From positions 1 to 45,248 of the forward strand of contig JBBDRO010000036.1 in the NCBI GenBank assembly GCA_040905425.1: DNA of 45,248 nucleotides, given 5' to 3'. The position numbers were made by a program, and so were the translations under genes. The notes below the pieces were generated by a model that saw only the letters and a list, made by a program, of their open reading frames with translations, did not search any database and was not told the origin of the DNA. This DNA is from Gemmatimonadota bacterium. GTDB taxonomy: Bacteria > Gemmatimonadota > Gemmatimonadetes > Longimicrobiales > RSA9. Positions 8,199 to 18,109 of this stretch are shown here, in pieces. Every line of letters starts with the position of its first letter. The first letter of the stretch is position 1.

Positions 8199-10909
8199 TT
8201 CTTCAGACTCTGGAGCCAGGAGCGGAACATGTCCAGGTCCTCATCCGAGCCGGCGTCCTCCTCCGCATCATCCGTAAGCGACGTCCCCGCGTCACCTGCA
8301 CCGCCCAGCGCCGCCTGCGCGGCGCCATCGATCCCCCCATCGTCCCCCCCATCGTACCACGCCGCGAACGCCTCGGCCACGTCTCCCTCGTCCCGCGTGG
8401 CCGTCCCGGGCCGCCTTTCGGCGGCCGGCGGCGCCGGCGCTGCGGCCGGTGGTGGCGCCTCGGGCCGGGCCGCCGGGGCCTCGCCGCCCGCTGCCGGCTG
8501 CGCGTCATCGAGAGGGCTCTCGAAGGGAAACAGCTCATCCGCCGGCACCGCATCCGCGGTCGGCGTGAGGGACTCCGGCGGGGTCTCCGCGGTCGGCGGC
8601 GTGGCGGAGTCCGCCGCCTCGGGCGCCTCGTCCGCCGGCGGCAGCTCGAACGGGAACGGTTCGCCTGCGCCCGATGGGGGCGCGTCGGCGCGCGGCCCGT
8701 CCGCTACCGGCGCGTCCGGCCCCCGGCCGCCAGGTGCGGCCGCCTCGTCTACGATCTCGTCCAGCAGCAGCTCTTCGTCATCCGCATCCGCCGCGGCATC
8801 GCCCCCGGCCACATCCGCCGCGTCCACATCCGCCTCGGCGTCGATCCCTCGCGCGTCCGGCGCGGCCGCGAGCGCGTCCGCATCCGCCCCGGCACCGACG
8901 ACTTCCGAACCCGCCGCGGCTGCGACGCTCCCCGCATCCGCCGCGGGTGCCCCCTCCCCCGTGGCGGGGAGATCCTCACGCGGCCGCCAGGCCAGCACCT
9001 GGTCCAGATAGGACGCCGCCGACGGGCCGGACGGTGCCGCCGTGGGCTCCTCGGCGTCCTCCACGTCGGGCGCGTAGGGGCTCGGCTCGTCGTGGCCGGC
9101 TCCCGCGCCACCCGTCCACGCGGACTCCACGCCCTCCAGCCACGGCCTGGCACCCGCCGCGGGGGTCGACCGGGCGCCCGGCGCCGGCGGCTCGTCGGGG
9201 CGGGAGGTGGGACCCGGGCTCTCAGCCGCCGATTCGGCCGCTTCCGCCCGGCCAGCTTCCGCCGCTTCATCGCCGGCATCCTCTCCCCGGCCGAAGAAGG
9301 CATCCTCGAGGCCTCCCTGCGCGTCCGTCTCCTTGTCCTCCTCCCGCTCATCACCCGCAGAGAAGAAAACGTCCTCGAGCCCCGGCGGGGCATCCACGGT
9401 GCCGGCAGAATCCCCGGATGCCGCCCCGCCTGGCCCGGCCAGGACCGCCTCCGCCGCGGCCAGACGGGCCTCCAGACGCGCATCGCCCGGCCGCTCGCGG
9501 AGCAGGGCGCGGAAGATCTCCGCTGCGCGATCCGGAAAATTCTGGCGGAGATAGAGATCCGCCATGGTCTCCGTCATCATCTCGCTGGCCGGCGAGCGGC
9601 GCGACTCCCCGTCCGTGTCCTCATCAGGCGCCACGGCGGGTTTGTCCGATTCGCCTTCGGCCACGGATTCCGCGCCCGCGCCCGATTCCGCCTGGTAGAA
9701 GGCCAGATCCCCGGGCAGCTCCCCGGTGGCGTCGTCATCAAGGCCCGACCAGCCCAGATCCAGATCGTCAGCCGCCCCGGGGGCTTCCTCCGCCGCATCG
9801 CGATCCTCGGCATCCCACGGAGAGGCCGCGCCGCCTGGAACCTGGACCGTGCCTGGAACCTCGGCCGTGCCCGGGACATCGGCCGTGCCCGGGACATCGG
9901 CGGCGCCCGGGACATCGGCCGCGCCCGGAACATCGGCAGCGCCCGGGACATCGTCCGCGCCCGGGACATCGTCCGCGCCCGGGACATCGTCCGCGCCCGG
10001 GACATCGTCCGCGCTCGGTAGGTCCTGCCCGCCCGGTACATCCTGCCCGCCCGGTAGGTCCTGCCCGCCCGGAATATCCTGCCCCCCCGACATCGAGAGC
10101 TCCGGCTCCGCCCCGGCGTCCTCCGCGGACTCGCCGACAGGCGGCTCCAGATCCAGATCGTCATCCGCGCCCCACCCGCTGCCGCTCTCGAAACCGCCCA
10201 GCTCCAGGTCCCCGCCAGCGGTCTGACCATCGTCCGTGTCGAAGCCGGACAGATCCAGATCTCCGCCGCCAACGGAATCGGCCTCCGCATCGGCCGTCGA
10301 CCCCGCGTCGTGGGGCAGCTCGAAACGGTCCTCCTGGCCCGTGTCCTCGGCGGGCGCGGCGGAGCCGGCGGGTGCATCGAGGTCGGGCAGGTCGAGGAGG
10401 TCGTGCGTGGGACCGTCGCTTGATGCTTCGTACGGGGCGTACGCCGACGCACCCGGAGACGGCTCCGGCGGAGCGGCCTCGGACGCAGCCTCACGCTCGC
10501 CCTCCGCCCGGAGGGCCGCCACCTTCTCCTGGAGCTCCTCGTCACCCCGATCCCGGTGCAGGAGCTCGTCGTAGTAGCCGAGCGCCGCCTGGTGGTCCCC
10601 CGCCTGCTCGGCCAGGTCACCCAGCGTACGCAGCGCCACCAGGTTCTGGGGGTCCAGTTCGATAACCCGGCGGAAAGCGTTGCCGGCGGCCGTGTTCTCC
10701 CCCTGGTCCATGAGGATCCGGCCCAGCACCACGTGGGCACTGGAATAGTCCTCGTGGCGTGCCAGACCCGCCTCCAGAATCTCGCGGGCGCGCTCCAGTT
10801 CGCCCGCCTTGCGGTGGGCCTCGGCTAGATGGGTGAATACCCGTCCATCCGGATTTGCGGCGTAGAGCGCCTCGAGCTTGTCGATCTCGTCCCGGTTGGA
10901 CTCGGCCAT
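8195..10909 (-). CDS. TPR protein with long acidic low-complexity region
   Basis: N-terminal TPRs from MAESNRDEI, central [14 protein letters not shown]-like motif, C-terminal amphipathic [18 protein letters not shown] overlap with aroQ. Confidence 0.85.
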   Translation of the reverse strand: MAESNRDEIDKLEALYAANPDGRVFTHLAEAHRKAGELERAREILEAGLARHEDYSSAHVVLGRILMDQGENTAAGNAFRRVIELDPQNLVALRTLGDLAEQAGDHQAALGYYDELLHRDRGDEELQEKVAALRAEGEREAASEAAPPEPSPGASAYAPYEASSDGPTHDLLDLPDLDAPAGSAAPAEDTGQEDRFELPHDAGSTADAEADSVGGGDLDLSGFDTDDGQTAGGDLELGGFESGSGWGADDDLDLEPPVGESAEDAGAEPELSMSGGQDIPGGQDLPGGQDVPGGQDLPSADDVPGADDVPGADDVPGADDVPGAADVPGAADVPGAADVPGTADVPGTAEVPGTVQVPGGAASPWDAEDRDAAEEAPGAADDLDLGWSGLDDDATGELPGDLAFYQAESGAGAESVAEGESDKPAVAPDEDTDGESRRSPASEMMTETMADLYLRQNFPDRAAEIFRALLRERPGDARLEARLAAAEAVLAGPGGAASGDSAGTVDAPPGLEDVFFSAGDEREEDKETDAQGGLEDAFFGRGEDAGDEAAEAGRAEAAESAAESPGPTSRPDEPPAPGARSTPAAGARPWLEGVESAWTGGAGAGHDEPSPYAPDVEDAEEPTAAPSGPSAASYLDQVLAWRPREDLPATGEGAPAADAGSVAAAAGSEVVGAGADADALAAAPDARGIDAEADVDAADVAGGDAAADADDEELLLDEIVDEAAAPGGRGPDAPVADGPRADAPPSGAGEPFPFELPPADEAPEAADSATPPTAETPPESLTPTADAVPADELFPFESPLDDAQPAAGGEAPAARPEAPPPAAAPAPPAAERRPGTATRDEGDVAEAFAAWYDGGDDGGIDGAAQAALGGAGDAGTSLTDDAEEDAGSDEDLDMFRSWLQSLKK
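9833..10087 (-). repeat. 18-bp coding tandem repeat, 14 units (GGQDxP / GADDVP / GAADVP / GTAxVP)
   Basis: Repeated gcccgggacatcgtccgc-type units visible in both DNA and protein. Confidence 0.92.
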
Positions 10910-10960
10910 CGAACCGCTCCAGGGCATGCTGAGGGAAATTAGCGTTCGGGTGAGCGACCG

Positions 10961-11050
10961 AAGATAGAGAGCCGCGCGGCGGCGTGTCAACGCGCCGCGT
11001 GCGGGCGCGCCACGCGTGGGGTTGATGGGCAGTGGCGGGCCGGCTATCTT
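10961..11050. promoter_or_regulatory. Back-to-back sigma70 promoters (TPR-aroQ-accBC on minus, ppiD on plus)
   Basis: Minus: TTGACA (10990-10985)-N18-TATCTT (10966-10961). Plus: TTGATG (11022-11027)-N17-TATCTT (11045-11050). Confidence 0.6.
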
Positions 11051-11103
11051 TTGACGCTTATCCTCGATCCGTCCGTTCCAGTTCCCAGTGGAGTCGTCGG
11101 CCT

Positions 11104-12942
11104 ATGATGCGTCAGATGCGGGACAACACCAAGTGGATCATGCTGATCACGGCGCTCGCATTCGCGGCCCTCATGATGTTCGAGTGGGGCATGGATGCCA
11201 GCGGGCGGAGCGGTACGCAGATGACGGGCGGCGAGGTTGGGCGCGTCAACCGCCAGAGCGTTTCCTACGAGGAGTACATCAACACGTACCAGAGTCTCTA
11301 CCAGCAGCAGCAGGCGTCCTACCCGGGGCCCATTCCCTCTGCCTTGAACAAACAGATCGAGGACGCCGCGTGGGAACAGGTGGTCATGCAGAAGCTGGTG
11401 GCATCGGAGCTGGCGCGCCGCGGCATCCGTGTCACCGAGCGGGAGATCGTGGAGGCCGCCCGCTACGCCCCCCCGCCCGAGCTTGCGCAGCAGGAGCTCT
11501 TCCTCACGAACGGGCAGTTCGACCTCGACAAGTACCATCAGTTTCTGGCCTCGCCCGCGGTGGACGAGCAGTTCCTGCAGGGCCTCGAAGCGTACTACCG
11601 GGACATCCTGCCGCGCAGCAAGCTTTACTACCAGGCCACGGCCGGCGCCTACGTGCCCGATGACGAACTCTGGCGCATGTGGCGTGACAACCGTGAAACG
11701 GCCACGGCGAGCTTCCTCAGCTTCGATCCCGAGGCCATGGTGCCGGATGATGCCGTCTCGGTGAGTGATGCGGAGGTCCGCGCCTACTACCAGGAGCATC
11801 AGGACGACTTCGAGCAGCCCGCGCGCGCCACGGTCCGGCTGGTCACCATGAACCGCCTGCCCACCGCCGAGGACACCGCCGCAGTGCGGGAGCGGGCGCG
11901 CGAACTGCGCGAGCAGATCCTGGCCGGCCGCGACTTCGGGGAGGTGGCCGCCGTGGAGTCGGCCGATGACGCCACGGCCGTCGAGGGCGGCCAGATGAGC
12001 GTGGTGCGCGGCGCAGGAACGGCGCCCGCCTTCGAGGAGGCCGCGTTCGCGCAGCCCCCCGGCCAGGTGGGGGAACCGGTCCAGACCGAGGACGGGTTCC
12101 ACCTCATCCAGGTGGATAGCCGCACCGGTGACACGGCGCAGGTGGCACACATCCTCCTGCCCCTCGAGCGTACGCGGGAGAGTGAGAATCGCCTCTTCGC
12201 GCGGGCTGATTCGCTGGAGGAGCTCACCACGGATGGCAACCTCCAGGCCGCCGCGCGTCGGCTGGGCCTGGAAGTGCGCACCACCGAAGTGACGCCCGCG
12301 CTACCCTTCGTGCCCGGCATCGGTGAGGCCGGAGAGGGGCTGGACTGGGCCTTCGAGGAGGCGGAGACCGGGGAGGTGAGCCCCGTATTCGAGACGCCTT
12401 CCGCCTATTATGCCCTGGAGCTGGTGAGCCGCACGGAGGCGGGAATCCAACCGCTGGAGCAGGCCACGCCGATCATCCGCGCCGCCGTCCGGGCGGACAA
12501 GAAGCTGGCGCGGGCGCGCGATCAGGTGCGCGAACGGGTGGACCGTATCCGTGCCGGCGAGACCCTGGAGCAGGTGGCGGCGGAGACGGGCCGCCAGGTG
12601 CAGACGGCCGGGCCCTTCACAAGGGCCGAGTTCGTGCCGGGGCTCGGCCGCTTGAATCCCGCCATCGGCACCGCCTTCGGGCTCCCTGAGGGGGCCACCA
12701 GCGGCGTGGTGGAAGCGGACCGCCGTCTCTTCATCCTGCGTGTGGAGGAGCGCACGACCGCGGATCGGGAGGCGTGGGAGGAGCAGAAGGAGATGCAGCG
12801 GCAGCAGGTGGCACAGGCGCTTACCCAGCAGCGCTGGGAGCAGTTCCTGGGTGCGCTGCGGGAGTCGGCCGACGTGGTGGACCTGCGTGCCGAGCTGGAG
12901 CGCCAGAATGCGGCGGCCGCCAAGGCGGCGGCTACCTTCTAG
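11104..12942 (+). CDS. ppiD: Membrane-anchored parvulin PPIase/chaperone (PpiD/SurA-like)
   Basis: N-terminal TM anchor, SurA_N-like domain, rotamase motif AFEEAAF...PVQTEDGFHLI, HILL. Confidence 0.85.
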   Translation: MMRQMRDNTKWIMLITALAFAALMMFEWGMDASGRSGTQMTGGEVGRVNRQSVSYEEYINTYQSLYQQQQASYPGPIPSALNKQIEDAAWEQVVMQKLVASELARRGIRVTEREIVEAARYAPPPELAQQELFLTNGQFDLDKYHQFLASPAVDEQFLQGLEAYYRDILPRSKLYYQATAGAYVPDDELWRMWRDNRETATASFLSFDPEAMVPDDAVSVSDAEVRAYYQEHQDDFEQPARATVRLVTMNRLPTAEDTAAVRERARELREQILAGRDFGEVAAVESADDATAVEGGQMSVVRGAGTAPAFEEAAFAQPPGQVGEPVQTEDGFHLIQVDSRTGDTAQVAHILLPLERTRESENRLFARADSLEELTTDGNLQAAARRLGLEVRTTEVTPALPFVPGIGEAGEGLDWAFEEAETGEVSPVFETPSAYYALELVSRTEAGIQPLEQATPIIRAAVRADKKLARARDQVRERVDRIRAGETLEQVAAETGRQVQTAGPFTRAEFVPGLGRLNPAIGTAFGLPEGATSGVVEADRRLFILRVEERTTADREAWEEQKEMQRQQVAQALTQQRWEQFLGALRESADVVDLRAELERQNAAAAKAAATF

Positions 12943-12966
12943 GCGCGCTTCCCCGGCCTTGCTGCG

Positions 12967-13005
12967 CGTGAGCCCCGCGGATCCAGGTGATCCGCGGGGC
13001 TCACG
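12967..13005. terminator. Hairpin between convergent ppiD and tatA
   Basis: Perfect 17-bp stem cgtgagccccgcggatc / gatccgcggggctcacg with loop caggt; no U-tract. Confidence 0.65.
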
Positions 13006-13043
13006 TACATGCGGACTGCCGCGCCGATGCGGCGCGCTGCCCG

Positions 13044-13310
13044 CTACTGGGCATCGTTGCGGGGTTCGGCCACCTTGTCACGCTCGGCCGATTCCGCGCT
13101 CAACGCGTGGGGCGGCCGTGCGGCGCCCACCTCCTTGCGCTCCTCCGGCCGATCCATCTCCGTCTTGATGTCATTCATGGAGCGCTTGAACTCGCGAATC
13201 CCCTTGCCCAGGCCACTGCCCAGTTCCGGCAGCCGCTTGGCACCGAATACCAGCAGCAGGACCACCATGATGAACACCATCTCGAACGGGCCGAGATTGA
13301 ACGGTCCCAT
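13044..13310 (-). CDS. tatA: Twin-arginine translocase TatA/E
   Basis: LLVFGAKRLPELGSGLGKGIREFK; SD AGAAGG. Confidence 0.95.
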   Translation of the reverse strand: MGPFNLGPFEMVFIMVVLLLVFGAKRLPELGSGLGKGIREFKRSMNDIKTEMDRPEERKEVGAARPPHALSAESAERDKVAEPRNDAQ

Positions 13311-13347
13311 GTTGCCTTCTCTCTTGATGGATGTCAGCGCTGCCCGG

Positions 13348-13626
13348 TCAGAACCAGGAGCGCATCACCAGCGCCACGAGCAGGATACCTACCAGGCTCA
13401 GCGCGTTCAGGGTAATCGTCAATGGCCCGAGTACGATCGCGACCGCCAACAGATCGATGCTCAGCGGCCCGAGCGATGCCGACACCGCCACCGTCAGGAA
13501 TTCCCGCGCCACGCTCTCCGGCATGAACAGCACCGCGAGCTTCGTGAAGAGGGCTCCCAGAAAGAGTCCCACGATCACAGCCCAGAACATGCGCGGTAAT
13601 GTGCCGCCCCGTCTGACCACCATCAT
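13348..13626 (-). CDS. Small membrane protein, DUF4321-like
   Basis: Hydrophobic helices with GPLSIDL...LTITLNALSLVG pattern; start trimmed to avoid overlap with the upstream gene. Confidence 0.65.
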   Translation of the reverse strand: MMVVRRGGTLPRMFWAVIVGLFLGALFTKLAVLFMPESVAREFLTVAVSASLGPLSIDLLAVAIVLGPLTITLNALSLVGILLVALVMRSWF

Positions 13627-13658
13627 CCTACCGACTGTCTCGCTGGCGGTTCCATTCG

Positions 13659-14714
13659 TTATCGACGCCGCTCCACCACGAATTCGATGGCGGCGGCCAG
13701 GGCATCGCAATACGGCCCACCCGGCAACCGCGCCAGCGCTTCCCCCGCCTGGCGTCCGTACGCGTCCGCCCTGCTCCGGGCATAGTCCAGGCCACCGTGT
13801 CCCACCACCAGCTCCACGACACGTGCAATACCCGTGTCTGAGACGGCCGGATCGGCAAAGAACGCCTCGACGTCAGCCCGGTCCCCGGCCGCCATGCGGG
13901 GCAGTGCGGCGATGAGCGGAAGCGTCACCTTGTGCTCGCGGAGGTCCTGACCCGCGGGCTTTCCCGTCACCTCCTGGCTACCGGTATAGTCCAGCAGGTC
14001 GTCGGCGATCTGGAAGGCCATGCCGAGGGCATGCCCATAGGCCGCCAGCGGCTCACGGTGCGCGCTCTCCCCCGCCACGGCCCCCAGTTCGCAGGCAGCC
14101 GCCATGAGCGAGGCCGTCTTGCTGGCGATGAGCCGGTCGTAGTCCGCTTCCGTGAATCCCAGCGCATCGAACGAGGCCAGTTGACGGAGTTCGCCCACGC
14201 TCATCTCGTTGGCGGCGCGCGACAGGACGCGGATCAGCTCCACGTTGCCCAGTTCGGCCAGCACCGTGATGGAGCGGCTGTAGAGATAGTCCCCCATGAT
14301 CACCGCCGTCTGGTGATTCCAGAGGGCGTTCACGGTGGGCATGCCGCGCCGGAGCACCGAGTGGTCCACGGCGTCGTCGTGCACCAGGGTGGCCAGGTGT
14401 ACCAGCTCCACCAGTGCCGCCATGGTCACGGCGCGCGGATGCGGCCTGGCGCCCAGTCGATTGCTCAGCAGGAGCAGCGTGGGCCGGAAGAGCTTGCCGC
14501 GGGCCCAGAGCAGGTGTGCGTTGACGTCCTCGATGCCATCGTAATCGGCGCAGACGATGCGCCGCAATTCAGTGGTGACAGCTTCCAGGTCCTGACGGAC
14601 CGGATTCTGGATGGCGCTCAGGCGCGGCGACCGGGCAGCGCGGCCGACGCCCGGGCGGGCAGCGTGTCGCGGCGGCCCGGCCTGTGCCGTGGGGGCGCCC
14701 GATTCGCCGCTCAC
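13659..14714 (-). CDS. Polyprenyl diphosphate synthase (IspB/HepT family)
   Basis: GKLFRP, ELVHLATLVHDDAVD..LRRG, KTASL, AFQIADDLLD, GKPAGQDLRE. Confidence 0.93.
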   Translation of the reverse strand: MSGESGAPTAQAGPPRHAARPGVGRAARSPRLSAIQNPVRQDLEAVTTELRRIVCADYDGIEDVNAHLLWARGKLFRPTLLLLSNRLGARPHPRAVTMAALVELVHLATLVHDDAVDHSVLRRGMPTVNALWNHQTAVIMGDYLYSRSITVLAELGNVELIRVLSRAANEMSVGELRQLASFDALGFTEADYDRLIASKTASLMAAACELGAVAGESAHREPLAAYGHALGMAFQIADDLLDYTGSQEVTGKPAGQDLREHKVTLPLIAALPRMAAGDRADVEAFFADPAVSDTGIARVVELVVGHGGLDYARSRADAYGRQAGEALARLPGGPYCDALAAAIEFVVERRR

Positions 14715-17074
14715 AGCCGGGCCATCCGCTCATTCACGTCGGCAAAGGAGATGTCCAGCCCGAGTACGCGCTCGTAGGCCTCCCGGGCTTCCGAGCGGGC
14801 GCCCAGGGCCTCCTGGACCCGCCCGAGGTGGTAATACACCCCGATGAGCTCGAGCTCGTCGTCGAACGGCACCTGCAGCGCGCGCTGCAGCACCTTGAGG
14901 GCAATGTTGTACTGCTCCTTCAGGATGAAGCACTGGCCGAGCTCCTCGTAGATCTTGAGGCGCTCGTCGCCGCCGCGCAGCGCCACCTGGAACTCCGCGA
15001 TGGCCTCGTCCACGAGACCCATCTCCTTGAAGGCCAGGCCGAGGTCGTAATGGCTCCCCGCATCCTCCGGCGCCACATTCTCCGACACCTTCTGCTTGAA
15101 CTGCGAGAGCAGTTCGGCAAAATCCCGGTCCTCGTCGCCGCTGGGCGCGTTCTCGGCCACCACGAAGCGCGTGTCGGGGTCCTGCCGCTCGTCGGAGACG
15201 AGCGCGAACAGGTCCACGAAGCCCTCCTGCACCTGGCCGCGCTCCTCGCGCAGCGCCTCGCCGGCGGTGGCGTTGTCGGGGTCCAGCTCGAGCACGCGCT
15301 GGTACATGGCGCGCGCCTTGGTGGGCGAGCCGGCTCGCTCCAGCGCCTGCGCGAGGCCCAGGTGCGTACGAACCTGGGCCGCGGTGTCCCCCAGCGCGAC
15401 GGCATACTCCACGGCCCGCTGGTGGTGCGTCAGGGCGTCGGGTTCGAGGTCGATCAACTCCTCCGCCACCGTCAGCGCGTCGGCATGGCGCTCGCGCGCG
15501 GCCAGCCCCGTGTGCAGTCGGCGCAGCAGATCGGCCGCCTCCTCGATCCGTCCACCGGCCTTGAGCTCCGCCACGCGGGTCCGCTCCGCTTCCACGTCGA
15601 GCGGCTCTCCGTCAGCCGCCAGCGCGGACCCGGCGCCCGCCCCGGCATCGAGGCCCGACTCCATGCCGGCGAGCTCCGGGAAGCCTTCCTCGGCGCGGGC
15701 CCCGGCCGGCTCCTGCAACTCCGCCGCATCCGCCGGGAGCGGCTCGACCTCGAGTTGGTCGAGTTCCTCGTCGTCGAGGCCCGGCAGGGACGCGGTATCC
15801 GCTTCGTTTTCCTCGTCGTCGAAGCCCGGCAACGGCGCGGCGCCCTCCTCGTCCTCGAGGTCGGGGAGCGGTGCAGTGTCCTCCTCGTCATCGAGACCGG
15901 GGAGCGGCGCGGCCTCCGCGGCTTCGTCTTCATCGAGCGCGGGCAGCGCCGCGGCGGCCTCCTCGTCATCGTCATCGAAACCGGGGAGCGGCGCGGCCTC
16001 CTCCTCATCATCCAGCGAGGGCAGCTCGAAGCCGGGGTCCTGATCCTCATCCAGCCCGGGAAGCTCGCCGGCCGGCTCGTCCGCGTCGGCCTCGAGCTCG
16101 ACCGTCCCGGACAGGTCCGTGCCCTCCAGCCCCTCCAGGTCGATCGTACCGACCTCGTCAGGCGTGCCCCCGCCGATCTGGGTGCTCTCGAAGCCCTCCA
16201 GCCCCAGGTTGCCCAGTTCCACGTCACCGTAGGCGGCGGTGTCGAGGGAGGTGGGCTCGATATCGATCGCCTCCACCCCATCCTCGGGCGCCGCTTCCTC
16301 TTCGGATTCGGCCTGCGCATCGGCGCGAGGCGCTTCCTGGGCTGCGGCGGGCTGCTCCGGCGGCGGTGCGGTTGGCTTCTCGGGCAGGTCAGCGAGCCCA
16401 GGGAGGGCGTGGGAAGCTGGACCCGCGTGGGACATTCCGGCGGCGGCACCCTCGGAGCTCACCACCGCGTTCGGATCCAGTTCGAGGATGCGTGCCTTCA
16501 GCGTCTCCGCGGCCTCCGCCTCACCGGCCGCCGCCCGCATCCCGTAGGCACGCTGCAGCTCCGTCACCGCCTCCGCGATGCGATCGTGGGCCTCCAGCCG
16601 GTCGGCGAGGAGTTCCCGGACCGCCGGATCCTCCGAGGTTTCGGCAAACTGCTCGAGCGCCGCGAAAGCGGCGTCCACCTGGCCCGCCTTCGACATCTTC
16701 TCGGCGTACTCGAGGAACCAGCGGCGCGCGTCGGTGAGGAAACCCTGGGAGGCGCTGAACTCGCCCAGCTTGCGCAGCACATCCACCCGATCGGGAACGT
16801 AGCGCAGAGCTTTGTTGCAGAGGGCAATGGCGTTGTTGAACAGGCCCGCCTCGGCATACTGGTCGGCGGCCTGCTCGTAGTACTTCACCGCGTCATCGGG
16901 ACGACCCATACGGACATAGAGATCCCCGACGCGGTTATAGAGGGGGAGCTCGACCTCGGCATCCCCCTCGTCGCCCGTCTTGAGCACCTGGAGGTAGGCA
17001 TCGATCGCCTTCTGCCATTCCTCCTTCTGCTCGTGCTTACGAGCCTGGTCCTTCAGCTTCGTTACAGACTTCAT
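14711..17074 (-). CDS. Large TPR protein with acidic repeat linker
   Basis: N-terminal TPR array, central LPxLDDEE repeats, C-terminal TPRs (HYDLGLAFKEMGLVDEAIAEF); coupled overlaps on both sides. Confidence 0.85.
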   Translation of the reverse strand: MKSVTKLKDQARKHEQKEEWQKAIDAYLQVLKTGDEGDAEVELPLYNRVGDLYVRMGRPDDAVKYYEQAADQYAEAGLFNNAIALCNKALRYVPDRVDVLRKLGEFSASQGFLTDARRWFLEYAEKMSKAGQVDAAFAALEQFAETSEDPAVRELLADRLEAHDRIAEAVTELQRAYGMRAAAGEAEAAETLKARILELDPNAVVSSEGAAAGMSHAGPASHALPGLADLPEKPTAPPPEQPAAAQEAPRADAQAESEEEAAPEDGVEAIDIEPTSLDTAAYGDVELGNLGLEGFESTQIGGGTPDEVGTIDLEGLEGTDLSGTVELEADADEPAGELPGLDEDQDPGFELPSLDDEEEAAPLPGFDDDDEEAAAALPALDEDEAAEAAPLPGLDDEEDTAPLPDLEDEEGAAPLPGFDDEENEADTASLPGLDDEELDQLEVEPLPADAAELQEPAGARAEEGFPELAGMESGLDAGAGAGSALAADGEPLDVEAERTRVAELKAGGRIEEAADLLRRLHTGLAARERHADALTVAEELIDLEPDALTHHQRAVEYAVALGDTAAQVRTHLGLAQALERAGSPTKARAMYQRVLELDPDNATAGEALREERGQVQEGFVDLFALVSDERQDPDTRFVVAENAPSGDEDRDFAELLSQFKQKVSENVAPEDAGSHYDLGLAFKEMGLVDEAIAEFQVALRGGDERLKIYEELGQCFILKEQYNIALKVLQRALQVPFDDELELIGVYYHLGRVQEALGARSEAREAYERVLGLDISFADVNERMARL
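15764..16066 (-). repeat. About 8 degenerate acidic repeats LPx[LF][DE]3+ in the TPR protein
   Basis: LPGLDEDQD, LPSLDDEEE, LPGFDDDDEE, LPALDEDE, LPGLDDEED, LPDLEDEE, LPGFDDEENE, LPGLDDEE. Confidence 0.85.
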
Positions 17075-18024
17075 CCGTTCCGCGTCATGCGCGTCGTCGT
17101 CCCGGTGGCCGTACGAGCGAGATGGTCCGCGAGGCGTGCGGAGAGCAGGCGCCCGGCGGTTCCCGGGCGCAGGCGTAGCCGGTCGGCGGCGGCATCCGCC
17201 ACCAGCCGGTCCGGCACCAGTCCTATGACTTCCGTTTCCAGCACGTGGCCGCCCGCCTCCTCAGCCAGTTGTACAATCCGGTCGAACACCGCGAGCGGTG
17301 ATACAGCATCCGGGTCTTCCAGGTTCATGGAAACCTGGACGCCGCGGTCCGGCAGCGCCAGCGCCAGCGCGCGTACCCCGCGGAAACCGCCGTCTCGCTC
17401 GCGCACGGTGCGCGCGATGGCACGGGCCGCCTCCAGCGTGATCCCCCTCAGGAGGACATTCCAGGCAAGCAGCACGTGCCGGGCGCCCACGCACACGGCA
17501 CCAGCCGTGGGATGGGCGCCTGGATGGTCCCAATCCCCCGGCAACTCGTCGGGCTCCCGTCCTTCTGGCCACCCGGTCACCAGCGTTTCAAACCCGCCCC
17601 TGCGCAGATTCGCCAGGGCTCGTCCCGCGGGGCGGCTCGCGTCCCCATAGTAGTATACGGGCAGACCCACTTCCCCGGCGAGCCGCCGCCCCACCCGGTG
17701 CGCGGAGGCAACGGCATCAGCGAGGGTCAGGCCGAGCAGAGGCACGAAGGGGAGAACATCCAATGCCCCCACCCGTGGATGGAGGCCGGCATGCCGCCGC
17801 AGGTCGATACGTTGCGACGCCACGTGCGCCGCACGAACCGCCGCCTCCTCGACCACCGCGGGCGGCCCCACGGCCGTAACCACTGAGCGGTGATGGTGCG
17901 CGTCGGACGACCAGTCCAGGACGTCCGCACCGGCAGCCAGCATGGCGTGGACAACCGCCTCCAGCACCGCGGGATCGCGCCCCTCACTGAAGTTCGGTAC
18001 CGTCTCCATGAGGCGGAGCGTCAT
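17071..18024 (-). CDS. ftcD: Glutamate formiminotransferase (FT domain only)
   Basis: ETVPNFSEGRD, HHRSVVT, IDLRRHAGLHPRVGALDVLPFVPL, QVSMNL, EVIGLVP. Confidence 0.92.
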   Translation of the reverse strand: MTLRLMETVPNFSEGRDPAVLEAVVHAMLAAGADVLDWSSDAHHHRSVVTAVGPPAVVEEAAVRAAHVASQRIDLRRHAGLHPRVGALDVLPFVPLLGLTLADAVASAHRVGRRLAGEVGLPVYYYGDASRPAGRALANLRRGGFETLVTGWPEGREPDELPGDWDHPGAHPTAGAVCVGARHVLLAWNVLLRGITLEAARAIARTVRERDGGFRGVRALALALPDRGVQVSMNLEDPDAVSPLAVFDRIVQLAEEAGGHVLETEVIGLVPDRLVADAAADRLRLRPGTAGRLLSARLADHLARTATGTTTRMTRNG

Positions 18025-18032
18025 GCGCCGGG

Positions 18033-18061
18033 ATAATACAGGCTGAGCGGCATGCCCACAA
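18033..18061 (-). promoter_or_regulatory. Putative leaderless sigma70 promoter of the formiminotransferase gene
   Basis: TTGTGG-N17-TATTAT, 8 nt before ATG 18024; no SD. Confidence 0.5.
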
Positions 18062-18109
18062 GCATCCAGGACCGGAGCGTCGGACAGGGGAAATTCCGCT
18101 CGGCCCGCC

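Noticed and set aside
9833..10087. Tandem repeats as CRISPR or iterons
   Set aside because: Contiguous in-frame 18-bp coding units with no spacers.
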